A DNA stretch of 64,000 nt, taken from the IMG/VR virus record IMGVR_UViG_3300035396_001032, positions 17,214-81,213 of that record; one strand, 5' to 3'. This document shows positions 48,701-57,064 of the stretch, piece by piece. Position 1 is the first letter of the stretch; each line of letters begins with the position of its first letter. The position numbers and the translations under genes are program-made. The notes beneath the pieces are model-generated. The model was not told the DNA's origin and did no database searches. It saw only the letters and a program-made list of their open reading frames with translations. The DNA is from a virus. Its lineage: Duplodnaviria; Caudoviricetes.

Positions 48701-49076
48701 TATACTGACAGTAGCACCATTTAAGGTTTGGCTTGATGTTGATGACCTTAGACCTAAATTGGTGTATAATGATAGACCACAATCAGTAATTGACTGTATT
48801 GGTGCAAGTGGTAAGGAAAGAACGTTCTCAAGTGTTGTATTGAAGTTTGCTTTAAATCAGATTAATGTGAAAGCCAAACCCACAATATTCTTGCTTGATG
48901 AAGTAATGGGTAAATTGGATGAAAATGCTGTGGAAGAGTTCATTGAAATGTTACAATTAATTAAAACCAATATGAAGAAGGTTTTGGTTGTTGAGCATAT
49001 ACATGAGATTAATCCAGACTATCTAATTAATGTTCAATTGGGTGATGATGGAATATCAAGTGTTGTACTCGAATAA
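45753..49076 (+). CDS. sbcD-sbcC: Fused SbcD(Mre11)-SbcC(Rad50) nuclease-ATPase (T4 gp47+gp46 equivalent)
   Basis: ADIHI, GDLVHD, RGNHD, GDIH, GSL phosphoesterase motifs; then KNFMSY, GVNTAGKTT (Walker A), coiled coil with CSQC hook, SGKER signature, LLDE (Walker B), VEH. Confidence 0.92.
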   Translation: MIKKIAHLADIHIRKTPTRNAEYEIVFKNLIESLTNEKPDRIVIDGDLVHDYLDLQGEQLILASNFLNELSMIAPVRVTRGNHDCRKKNLNRVDSVKAIVETLHNPRVIYYESTGFFDDDNVTWAVWHHGEKNNNPWKSKDGKNILANPNHYYAIDLFHDPITGCKSTTGFEMKSKSYYKISDFKGTLSMFGDIHRMQFLDKAQTKAYCGSLIAQDFSEGDDNFHGYLMWDIQTKVAEMIPIKNDYSFKNVLLTPYTDFDDLDFEIDSPTNHMKVRFIWGTLPQTRTKDNERKAIAYIKSKHQNLTISHKNEFIENEKIVVNESITLQNVTDKGVQHEIFKEFLIKIGVDEHVIADVIALDEEILTEIDVTDDLSIEWNVIKFGGKNFMSYGELEIDWRDKDGLFQITGVNTAGKTTIMKIISYILFGKTLETESRMKFGDMRFVNNRNGASYCEAYLVLEANGEYFGIKKKTEIVKNRGGEITSAPTTLSYYVLATPDDEMNVDTAIETLDGDRRAKTQKKIESIIGTYDNFMRIVMTTSDTLNRILSNDMAVFIDSLLYDSGLDIFDKKLEGWKVVNKRANEKTRITCNVELTNLNNATLTEDIRVLEGEITKIENETLPKIQESIKTGRSYLETITKKLYKIDSDIYNLDVDVAREDISNNKKNIVEIKAQKMVLMQSILPLKETYDEKRLTELNGKKDAHKTNEFKLKLEVKDYEKKISDLDHEIEIINGKIFNLKNDGAKLKQEIANLKSSKTCSQCGQLIDKQEHIDHINKTVKEKEAEMFKIADEIKKQQAIIDSTHKVAIEANRVEIDTIKKKIEAQSLEMEEILKEIGIITNDKNDVDKRKELQAELDQIPTKIQNEELKIGILEQKITSHENSLLQIEENQKIEKGIAAAKLKIAALEDEESDEKENVYIRKTNIGDKQLRIKYNESIIAEFKAQEYRDTVMNLYKKCVHRDGIPRQMLSNYIIPKINLTLENILTVAPFKVWLDVDDLRPKLVYNDRPQSVIDCIGASGKERTFSSVVLKFALNQINVKAKPTIFLLDEVMGKLDENAVEEFIEMLQLIKTNMKKVLVVEHIHEINPDYLINVQLGDDGISSVVLE

Positions 49077-49112
49077 AACATAATTTTTACTATTTATGGA
49101 TAAACTGAAAAC

Positions 49113-50264
49113 ATGGATTTAAAAAAATACGATGAATTAAGGAAGAAGATTAATACCAAAGACTTTGAGGGTAATAATAAGGTGCTTGATAAGTGGTTGT
49201 ATGGATTTTCATTTGTTGGAAATATAGTGTCAATCTTTTTCTCATACTTTCTACTGTACCCTGCATTACTGAAAGCAATATCAATTAATTTAGTGTCTGG
49301 AATCTGGGGCACAACGTTGGCATTTATATTCGCCAATACATTTCTGATTATATTTGAAATTATTAAGAGATATTTGTTTAGGAATTTCTCGTCAGATTTT
49401 GTTGCAAGTGGTAGAAAAATCAGTGCATCATTACTTGGTTGGCTTAGTGTATCAGTTGCAATCGTATCATTGAGTTTCTTTCTTTCACTTGTGGGTGCTA
49501 AGAATCTTGCAAGTACAAGCGTGACTAAGAACACAGTTGCTGCGACAACTGTTGATATTCAAAAGGATAATCTTACAATTACTTATGAGAATAAAAAGAA
49601 GACCTATGAAAATGACAATCAAGCACTGAGGGATGTGAACAACGATTTGCGTAATACTTTAGCACAAACACCTATTGGATATGTGTCAATTCGTAAAGAC
49701 TATCAGTCGAGTATCGATAAAAATACTGGAATCATCGAAAGTAATCAGGCTGAAATTGCAAAGATTGATAAACAGTTAGAACAAAGAGTTGAAGAATTAA
49801 AGTCTGGTCTTAATAAAACAATTGCTGGTAATGCAACTGAAGACACAAAAAATATATTTTTGTTCATAATTATCGCTATTTTTGCTGAAGCCATTATTAT
49901 TGGTGGTGTATATTTCAGGGAATGGTATGAATATAATCTATATCTTATCAATCAACAAAAATTTGAAAAGATTTATCTGAAGAAAGATAGGTATCGTTCA
50001 TTACTCTCATTTGTATATCGTGATGGTAAGTTGACTGCTGGTGATAAGGTAATTAGTGGTATGGAACTGAAAGAAATTGTTGCAGAAAAGACAAACATTC
50101 AAAACTCCAACAAATTTGTTGATGAATTCCTGAAAGAAATGGATGGATTGGGTATATTTACCACAATAGGTAAAAGAAGGTCGATTGCTGTAACATATGC
50201 TGAAGCACAGGTGATTATTGAAAATTTTGATGACGCATTTAGGGCACTTGAAAATATAAAGTAA
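49113..50264 (+). CDS. Multi-pass membrane protein with coiled coil and C-terminal soluble domain
   Basis: Three N-terminal hydrophobic helices, a coiled coil, a fourth helix (IFLFIIIAIFAEAIIIGGVYF); CTATTTATG motif variant 23 nt upstream. Confidence 0.75.
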   Translation: MDLKKYDELRKKINTKDFEGNNKVLDKWLYGFSFVGNIVSIFFSYFLLYPALLKAISINLVSGIWGTTLAFIFANTFLIIFEIIKRYLFRNFSSDFVASGRKISASLLGWLSVSVAIVSLSFFLSLVGAKNLASTSVTKNTVAATTVDIQKDNLTITYENKKKTYENDNQALRDVNNDLRNTLAQTPIGYVSIRKDYQSSIDKNTGIIESNQAEIAKIDKQLEQRVEELKSGLNKTIAGNATEDTKNIFLFIIIAIFAEAIIIGGVYFREWYEYNLYLINQQKFEKIYLKKDRYRSLLSFVYRDGKLTAGDKVISGMELKEIVAEKTNIQNSNKFVDEFLKEMDGLGIFTTIGKRRSIAVTYAEAQVIIENFDDAFRALENIK

Positions 50265-50265
50265 C

Positions 50266-50436
50266 ATGGAAAACGAAACTGCAAAGATTCTCAAAGAATC
50301 ATTAAAAATCGTAGACAAGTTGGCGACACTTGAATTTGAAGACATGGATGATTTTATCAATGTTCAAGACGATTTAGAAGAGCTAATTAAACGTGCTAAA
50401 GTGTTGAAGAAAAACAAATTGTGGAAACTAAATTAA
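50266..50436 (+). CDS. Small 56-aa hypothetical protein (missing from ORF track)
   Basis: MENETAKILKESLKIVDKLATLEFEDMDDFINVQDDLEELIKRAKVLKKNKLWKLN*; fills the gap between flanking genes. Confidence 0.65.
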   Translation: MENETAKILKESLKIVDKLATLEFEDMDDFINVQDDLEELIKRAKVLKKNKLWKLN

Positions 50437-50441
50437 ATACT

Positions 50442-50915
50442 ATGAGTAAAACGAATTGGGATTTAAAAATGATGGAACTTGCTGACCACATCGCTGGTTG
50501 GAGCAAAGACCGTAGTACTGTTGTTGGTGCTGTAATTGTGAGGGGTAAAGACCCTATTGCTATGGGAGTTAATGGATTTCCAATTGGTTGTGATGATGAC
50601 AAGGAAGAAAGACATGAAAGACCATTGAAGTATGATTGGGTATTGCATGCAGAAGAAAATGCTTTACTGAAAGCAGCTAAATATGGTCATGCAACAGATG
50701 GTGCTGACATGTATGTTAATTGGTTTCCATGTGCAAAATGTGCTGGAATGATTGTGAATGCAGGTATTAAAAGAATATTCTGCGACAAAGAACCTGATTT
50801 CGAAAACAAACAATTTGGTGCAGGATTCAGATTAGCGTTGGAAAAACTGAGTGAAGGTGGAGTTGAAATAATTTATATGAATTTTGAAGCGCATAGGGAT
50901 GCTAAAAATAGATAA
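50442..50915 (+). CDS. dCMP deaminase
   Basis: SKDRSTVVGAVI, GVNGFP, LHAEENAL, PCAKC zinc motif. Confidence 0.9.
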   Translation: MSKTNWDLKMMELADHIAGWSKDRSTVVGAVIVRGKDPIAMGVNGFPIGCDDDKEERHERPLKYDWVLHAEENALLKAAKYGHATDGADMYVNWFPCAKCAGMIVNAGIKRIFCDKEPDFENKQFGAGFRLALEKLSEGGVEIIYMNFEAHRDAKNR

Positions 50916-51507
50916 TACTACATATGTGGTTAATGAAGTTAATCGCTATAAGACTCAGACAGCTAAAACACAAATTGTGTTGGCAACGAGTTTGAGAAAA
51001 GATAATCATCACATAACCAGACTACTTCATAAGGATTTTGGTAAGACCAAGCGTTGGAATACCTATACTGTTGGCAGGGATGGTACTGTTTATCAGCACT
51101 ATGAAGATAAATTCCATTCAGATTTTCTTGGAATGAAAGAAGCTGATAAGCAATCTGTTTCAATTGTAATTGAGAACATGGGCACATTATTCCAGATGCC
51201 AAATAGTAAGTATGTTAATTGGTTAAATGAGGTTTGTGATGATGACCGTGTTTTTGAAAAAAGCTGGTTTGGTTATAATTTCTGGGAAGTCTTTTCAGAA
51301 TCTCAATTAGAGAGTACTGCCGAACTATGTAAGTTAATTTGTATTCAGTACAATATACCGAAAGTCTGTATGGAATTCAACCATTATCATAAAGATACTC
51401 TGAAGTTCAGGGGTATTGTATTCAGAAGTAATTATATTGAAGACAGTAGTGACATCAATCCATTGTTCGATATTGGGAAATTCAACGAAATGTTACATAA
51501 TGAATAG
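50899..51507 (+). CDS. Amidase_2/PGRP-fold protein lacking zinc ligands (pseudo-amidase)
   Basis: YTVGRDGTVYQ, SVSIVIENMG, SESQLESTAELC...YNIP, DINP align with the 56307 amidase, but IVLATS replaces IVIHHT. Confidence 0.65.
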   Translation: MLKIDNTTYVVNEVNRYKTQTAKTQIVLATSLRKDNHHITRLLHKDFGKTKRWNTYTVGRDGTVYQHYEDKFHSDFLGMKEADKQSVSIVIENMGTLFQMPNSKYVNWLNEVCDDDRVFEKSWFGYNFWEVFSESQLESTAELCKLICIQYNIPKVCMEFNHYHKDTLKFRGIVFRSNYIEDSSDINPLFDIGKFNEMLHNE

Positions 51508-51515
51508 TATTTATA
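51507..51515 (+). promoter_or_regulatory. GTATTTAT phage promoter motif
   Basis: GTATTTATA 21 nt before ATG 51528. Confidence 0.7.
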
Positions 51516-51527
51516 TGAAAAAGAATT

Positions 51528-52028
51528 ATGGACAATAAAAACATTAACGACAAAACCTCACCGAATCAAATGAGGGTGTTCATGAAAAGAATGCGCAATG
51601 GATATGTTGTTGAATCAACGAAAACTGCTGAACGTAATCTTAATTTATCTATGCGTGATATGTTGAAAATCACACGTAATTTAAGTGAACAAGTAGAAGA
51701 TGGTGAAAAAGCGTTGAATAAAAAAACCGTTTACGACCAAAGTCGTGAAGAAGAAAATTTTAATAGATTTTTTAGTGATTTGAATATTAATACCAAGTTT
51801 ATTGATTTGGAAGTTTATGATAACTTAATTTTTTGGGGTGGTACTGTTGACGGAATTATTCAGTTCGTTTATAAGGTAACTCCTGATGAAAAAACATCTG
51901 GTGTTGAATTTAACTACTTAGAAGACTTTTCTGCAGATAATCCAGAAAACGATGAAGTAGTTGGTAGAATCAAGTCATATTATGACACATTTTACAGATA
52001 CTGGAAAAACAATATGTTGCAAAAATAA
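51528..52028 (+). CDS. Hypothetical protein
   Basis: 166-aa ORF after the motif. Confidence 0.75.
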   Translation: MDNKNINDKTSPNQMRVFMKRMRNGYVVESTKTAERNLNLSMRDMLKITRNLSEQVEDGEKALNKKTVYDQSREEENFNRFFSDLNINTKFIDLEVYDNLIFWGGTVDGIIQFVYKVTPDEKTSGVEFNYLEDFSADNPENDEVVGRIKSYYDTFYRYWKNNMLQK

Positions 52029-52034
52029 TCATAT

Positions 52035-52850
52035 ATGAACACTATATTATTAAAACTCTGGAAGTTTTTAAAACAAAAAAATAGGTGGCTAATTGCATTA
52101 GTTATCCTAATTATCTTGGGGCAGTACGGTATTATTCGTTTAAAGAATAATAAAATCGCAGACCTAAGTGGAAAATACGAAACTGAGGTAAAACTCAAAA
52201 ATGCTTTATTAGATAGCGTTACTTATTATCAGAATGCACATAAAGAGTGGGTTGCTGAGAAACTAACAATTCAGGAAAGCGTTAAGAATCTTGAAAAAAT
52301 GTATGGTCAATTAAATGACATGCAGAGAGAATTAATTGCAAGGGTAAAAGAAGTGAATAAAAAGAATGATGTGATTACTGCATCACTTGTAAAAACTGAA
52401 ATTAAAATTGATTCATTACTTCATAGAACCGACAAGGGTGGAACAACTACTATTGATACGACTAAGAAATCAGTAACATTCACAGATACAACTGCAGTTG
52501 ACTTTAAATATGATATAAAAATTGGTAATATAATTCCTGCATACCCTAAGATTGAACCCTACTTATTATTTAAGTCAATTGAAATTCCAAATGAGCAATT
52601 TGCAGAATTTCATTGGAAAAACGATAAGAAAAAGGGATATCCAATATCATTTAGCATTAGCAATTCTAATAAGTATATTAAGGTATTGAACGTTGAAAGC
52701 TATGCAATTCCACCACTTGATAAGGTAAAACTTAACCCAAATGGTTGGCAGAAAATTGGAAACTTTTTAATTAAAAACGGTAGAACCTTAATGTATGTGG
52801 GCATTGGCGCAGCAGGTGGTGTTGGTGGCTATTACTTATTAACTAAATAA
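52035..52850 (+). CDS. Doubly membrane-anchored coiled-coil protein, possible spanin-like lysis protein
   Basis: N-terminal TM (WLIALVILIILGQYGII), coiled coil, beta-rich region, C-terminal hydrophobic Gly-rich helix. Confidence 0.45.
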   Translation: MNTILLKLWKFLKQKNRWLIALVILIILGQYGIIRLKNNKIADLSGKYETEVKLKNALLDSVTYYQNAHKEWVAEKLTIQESVKNLEKMYGQLNDMQRELIARVKEVNKKNDVITASLVKTEIKIDSLLHRTDKGGTTTIDTTKKSVTFTDTTAVDFKYDIKIGNIIPAYPKIEPYLLFKSIEIPNEQFAEFHWKNDKKKGYPISFSISNSNKYIKVLNVESYAIPPLDKVKLNPNGWQKIGNFLIKNGRTLMYVGIGAAGGVGGYYLLTK

Positions 52851-52889
52851 TATACCCACTAAGATGGGGACTTTTTAATATGTTAGTAC

Positions 52890-52920
52890 AAGCGCATAAT
52901 TTATGTTATGCGCTTTTTTT
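52890..52920 (+). terminator. Intrinsic terminator
   Basis: AAGCGCATAA-tttatg-TTATGCGCTT plus T-run. Confidence 0.85.
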
Positions 52921-52948
52921 GATATTAACATTTTTTCGAGTTATTTAA

Positions 52949-52957
52949 GTATTTATT
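52949..52957 (+). promoter_or_regulatory. GTATTTAT phage promoter motif
   Basis: GTATTTATT 27 nt before ATG 52976. Confidence 0.65.
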
Positions 52958-52975
52958 GTTAATAGATAACACAAC

Positions 52976-53182
52976 ATGGATAATTCAGATGTTAAAGAGA
53001 TAGTTAAGGATGAAATAAATAAGTTTGTTAGCGATTCTCTGGATAAAGAAGTTAAGAAGATTCTTGCGAAGTCAAATACTATGTCAAGAAATGAAATGAT
53101 TTCTACGATTAAGAACAGTATGGAAGCAGTATACAAGGTGTTGTGGCAAAAACGTGACTTCTGGAAAACTGATATTAAATAA
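52976..53182 (+). CDS. Small hypothetical protein
   Basis: 68-aa helical ORF after the motif. Confidence 0.7.
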   Translation: MDNSDVKEIVKDEINKFVSDSLDKEVKKILAKSNTMSRNEMISTIKNSMEAVYKVLWQKRDFWKTDIK

Positions 53183-53185
53183 TAT

Positions 53186-55846
53186 ATGGCAACAATAAAA
53201 CCAACATTTGATAAACCAATTAGTCCACAATCAAAGAGTTTTGAGAAAAACTTTAAAAAGACTATGATACAAAATGGTGTGCAATTAAATGAAGTAGATG
53301 GCTTATTAAGTGAAGCCGAACAGTCATTAAAAAAGAAAATCTTCAGCTTGGCTAAGATGGAGGCATTGGTATTTAGTGACCCTAAACTAACTGCTGTATA
53401 TGAAGACATGGCGCAGAACGGTGAAGAAAAATATGGTTATCATTACAATGAAACCATTCAAAATATGATATTTAATGACTATGTTCTCAATAGTCCAAGA
53501 TACTTACAAAAATATAAAATGGCAATACCTAAAGAGAAGAAAAGAAGGGATGCAAGTGGTATTAACCAATTAAAAAAAGCAGGAGAAAAGAAAATGACAC
53601 AATCTGGCTTACCTAAAGCGAAAAAAACTGAAGTTGATGAAAGTGACGAACACTTAACTAAGGTACAATTTCTGGTTAATGAAAAAGACCCTGAAAATCA
53701 GGATTTATATGCATACTTTCCAGAAGAACGTTATAACGACCAATACATGAGTGGATATTCACATGTTGGTCAACACACTGGTGTACATCCAGAATATGCT
53801 GCTGAAAGTCGTCCAGCAACACCAGAAGAATATGCACCATTAAAAGCAGAACTTGAAGGTATTGGATATAATCTTGATGTTCTAAATGGTATGGAAGAAA
53901 CAACAGGTGCTGCAGGTGGCGCAGGAGCATTTGCACCAGCATTAGGATATGAGAAAAAAGTTCAGGAAACAACTACAAGTGCATCTTCAGGTGCTTATTC
54001 AGGTCCTGCAGCTTGGGGTGGTGGAGATTTAATGAAGGGTGGTAAAAGCAATGCAATGCGTAAACCAATCTGGCAGGGTGGTAAAATTATTCAAGAAAGT
54101 AATTACTTAACTGACCCAGCAGGATTCCAAAAATATTTTAATGCAATCAATGAACAATCAGATGTTGAATTCATTCAAAAGAATAGCGAAGCCTATGGTA
54201 GCTTAGATAATATGAATCAGGACAATAAAAATATCATTAAAAAAGATATTAATACAGGTAAATTAGACACACCTGAATTAAAAACTGTGAATGAGTTTTT
54301 AAGCCTTCATGATGCAGTAGAATATGTGTCAGATAGAAATGGTGAAAATCCATTCGAATTAGGTGGAGCTAAATGGCAATTTGTAAATGCAAAATATCCT
54401 GATGGAAAAACAGATATTGGTGTTTATAGATTTGGTCATGATATCGTATATGACTACGCAAGGTGGAGAGAAGAAATGGGTATTGACGGAAACAATAACT
54501 CACATATTAAAGAAGAAACACAAACAATGATACAATCAAATGGTACTTCAATGTCGAATAAACCACAACCAAGTGGTGACCAACCAAGTGGTTTAGACAT
54601 GGGTATGCAGGCAAGTGGTGGATTAAATGAAGCAATTTCGAAGGAAAGACGTTATGAAATGATGAAAAAAATCGTTGACGTTAGTTTTCAAGGTAATTCA
54701 GGAATTCCAACTATGGATTACTTAAAAACACTTTCAGATGAAGAATTAACACAAAAATTTAATGTAGCACTAAAAAATGACCCTGAAATGAAAAATAAAA
54801 TGAGTGCAATGTTTGGACTACAAGAAAATTTTAGTCTATTAGAAGAATTAAATAACGAGTTGAATGCATATTCAATTCATCAAGATAAATTAAAGAAAAT
54901 GACAGAAGATAGAAAACCATCAGCATTGGTTCTTAGAGACCGTGTAGGTAGTGAAAATGAAGTAAACTTCAAAAAAGATTTACAGCACAGTGGTACTAAA
55001 GAAATCATTGACGTTGAAAAAGAACTTCAGTGGAAAGACCAGCAAACCAATGTTCCTAAAGACCCACAGAAATTAGGTATGGACATTGAAAAGAAAGCTA
55101 TTAGTGTATCTAAGGATGCTGCACTTAAGAATGTTGGAAATAGTGCTAACGATAAGGGTGACGAAATCAGTAAACGCAACCTAACCAAAGAAGAACAGGA
55201 CGAAGTTAATAACTATCGTTTAGGTCTTGGTGACTTGGTTTATGATAACGAAGTTGGAAAACGTTTCGAAGACCGTATGAAGGCTGACATGGGTGACCCA
55301 TTATATCAGCAAAGACAAGATAAACTCAAATTCCGTGGCAAAGCTCCTATGTATAACAAAGAAGCACAACCAACTGAAGCAACTGGTGTTGACAAAGTTC
55401 AGTTTGACAAGGAAGAAAGTGGCTGGAATGAAAGAGAAGGTATTAAAGAATCCATGATTACTGGTAGATATCATGATGCATTAGGTAAGAGAAAACTTAT
55501 TGATTTCACTCTGAATGAGGTGACTAAAATAATTACAATTGACAAACTTAATGAAGGCTTATTCGAATTGGACTTCACAGGTCTTGGAAATACTTACAAC
55601 AGCAAAACTGTTGACAATAAAGTTAGTGTGAATGAAGGTGTTGTTAACGCTATATCGAGCAACAAATTCTATACTAATGGAAAAGCAATTTTTGCAGTTA
55701 AAGTTCAAGCAAAATCATTGAATGAAAATACTATTACAGCTAAACCTGTAATGAACGAGCAGATGGATAAAATGAAACACTTGCTTGGTTATAAACCAGA
55801 AACATTCACAAACACAACTAACGTAAAGAAAAACAGAGGTTTCTAA
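53186..55846 (+). CDS. Large modular protein with repeated hydrophobic-x-Glu linkers (candidate internal head polyprotein)
   Basis: 886 aa; about 17 [LIVM]-x-E sites between short globular modules and low-complexity G/A/S linkers. Confidence 0.65.
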   Translation: MATIKPTFDKPISPQSKSFEKNFKKTMIQNGVQLNEVDGLLSEAEQSLKKKIFSLAKMEALVFSDPKLTAVYEDMAQNGEEKYGYHYNETIQNMIFNDYVLNSPRYLQKYKMAIPKEKKRRDASGINQLKKAGEKKMTQSGLPKAKKTEVDESDEHLTKVQFLVNEKDPENQDLYAYFPEERYNDQYMSGYSHVGQHTGVHPEYAAESRPATPEEYAPLKAELEGIGYNLDVLNGMEETTGAAGGAGAFAPALGYEKKVQETTTSASSGAYSGPAAWGGGDLMKGGKSNAMRKPIWQGGKIIQESNYLTDPAGFQKYFNAINEQSDVEFIQKNSEAYGSLDNMNQDNKNIIKKDINTGKLDTPELKTVNEFLSLHDAVEYVSDRNGENPFELGGAKWQFVNAKYPDGKTDIGVYRFGHDIVYDYARWREEMGIDGNNNSHIKEETQTMIQSNGTSMSNKPQPSGDQPSGLDMGMQASGGLNEAISKERRYEMMKKIVDVSFQGNSGIPTMDYLKTLSDEELTQKFNVALKNDPEMKNKMSAMFGLQENFSLLEELNNELNAYSIHQDKLKKMTEDRKPSALVLRDRVGSENEVNFKKDLQHSGTKEIIDVEKELQWKDQQTNVPKDPQKLGMDIEKKAISVSKDAALKNVGNSANDKGDEISKRNLTKEEQDEVNNYRLGLGDLVYDNEVGKRFEDRMKADMGDPLYQQRQDKLKFRGKAPMYNKEAQPTEATGVDKVQFDKEESGWNEREGIKESMITGRYHDALGKRKLIDFTLNEVTKIITIDKLNEGLFELDFTGLGNTYNSKTVDNKVSVNEGVVNAISSNKFYTNGKAIFAVKVQAKSLNENTITAKPVMNEQMDKMKHLLGYKPETFTNTTNVKKNRGF

Positions 55847-55848
55847 TC

Positions 55849-56208
55849 ATGACAATCACAAAAGAACAATTTGAAGTAGCATATAATAGGCATTTGCCAA
55901 GTAAATGGGTTTCATTTGCCTTTAAATACTTTTCAAAAGAAACTGTGAAAAAAGATATGGCACTAACAAACATACTAACATTTTTATTGTTGGGTCTTTT
56001 TGGCGTTGGGTTTATATCAGTAGCTTTAGGATTATCAAAAGTAATTATCGCAGCATCAACAATTGGATATACATCACTATTAGCATTATTTGTTTTGTAT
56101 CTATTCAGTGCAGTTGAGCTAAACAACAAGAGAATTACTAAGATTTGTAAAGAACTTGACATAACTAAGTTTCAATACAATGAATTAGTTAAAGAATTTT
56201 ATAAATAA
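55849..56208 (+). CDS. Small two-TM membrane protein
   Basis: ILTFLLLGLFGVGFISVALG and IIAASTIGYTSLLALFVLYLFSAV. Confidence 0.7.
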   Translation: MTITKEQFEVAYNRHLPSKWVSFAFKYFSKETVKKDMALTNILTFLLLGLFGVGFISVALGLSKVIIAASTIGYTSLLALFVLYLFSAVELNNKRITKICKELDITKFQYNELVKEFYK

Positions 56209-56231
56209 ATCCAAATTTTTAATTAACTTTG

Positions 56232-56262
56232 AAGGGTATTATTCATTTAATACCCTTTTTTT
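56232..56262 (+). terminator. Intrinsic terminator
   Basis: AAGGGTATTA-ttcatt-TAATACCCTT plus T-run. Confidence 0.85.
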
Positions 56263-56283
56263 GTTCTTAAACTTATGATTGTA

Positions 56284-56292
56284 GTATTTATT
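56284..56292 (+). promoter_or_regulatory. GTATTTAT phage promoter motif
   Basis: GTATTTATT 23 nt before ATG 56307. Confidence 0.7.
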
Positions 56293-56306
56293 AAAAAAGA
56301 TGTACT

Positions 56307-57062
56307 ATGGCAAGTTTAAAAAAAATGTTGTTTGGTGGCTCAACAATCGATACGCCAAAACAAGCTGAAAAGGAAAAGGTTATTGAAAGTAAAGCATTAG
56401 CTAAATTAAATATAAGTGATATTATTTCAGTTGATTTTCCTGATGAACAATATTTTAAAGAGCAGACAGATAAAAAACAAATTGTGATACATCATACAGT
56501 TAGTGGTCAAGGAATTGAAGGGGATTTAGCATGGTGGAGAAGTACTGTTGATAGAATCGGTACTGCAATAATTGTTGGCTGGGATGGTAAAATTTATCAA
56601 TGCTTCAGTACTAAATATTGGGCGCATCACCTTGGCACACATGCTGCGAATAACAAAGCACTTAATATGGCAAGTATTGGTCTTGAAATCGATGCTTGGG
56701 GTGGTTTGATTCGTACTAATAGATTATGGTATCCAACAAAATTTGATGAAGTTACTAAACAATATGTTGCAAATACTAATGCAAAACCAGTAGAAAACGT
56801 TCAGGTATATGAAGAAGGTTTCATGGGTTACTATGGATATGAAAAATATACCGATGCACAGATTGAAGCAGTACGACAATTATTGGTGTTCTGGAGTGAG
56901 AAATTCAACATACCACTAACATACAATGAAGATATGTGGAATTTATCAGATAAAGCATTACGTGGCGATGCTGGCGTTTGGACACACGTTAGTTTTAGGG
57001 GAAGTGGAAAATCCGATTGTCACCCACAACCAGAATTGATACAGATGTTAAAGTCATTATAA
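56307..57062 (+). CDS. N-acetylmuramoyl-L-alanine amidase (Amidase_2), endolysin candidate
   Basis: IVIHHT (56481), WAHHLG, SIGLEI, YTDAQIEA, GVWTH...KSDCHP: zinc ligands present. Confidence 0.88.
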   Translation: MASLKKMLFGGSTIDTPKQAEKEKVIESKALAKLNISDIISVDFPDEQYFKEQTDKKQIVIHHTVSGQGIEGDLAWWRSTVDRIGTAIIVGWDGKIYQCFSTKYWAHHLGTHAANNKALNMASIGLEIDAWGGLIRTNRLWYPTKFDEVTKQYVANTNAKPVENVQVYEEGFMGYYGYEKYTDAQIEAVRQLLVFWSEKFNIPLTYNEDMWNLSDKALRGDAGVWTHVSFRGSGKSDCHPQPELIQMLKSL

Positions 57063-57064
57063 AT

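Noticed and set aside
52855-52876. Second weak hairpin CCCA-ctaaga-TGGG before the 52890 terminator
   Set aside because: The 4-bp stem is too weak to call independently of the strong downstream terminator.
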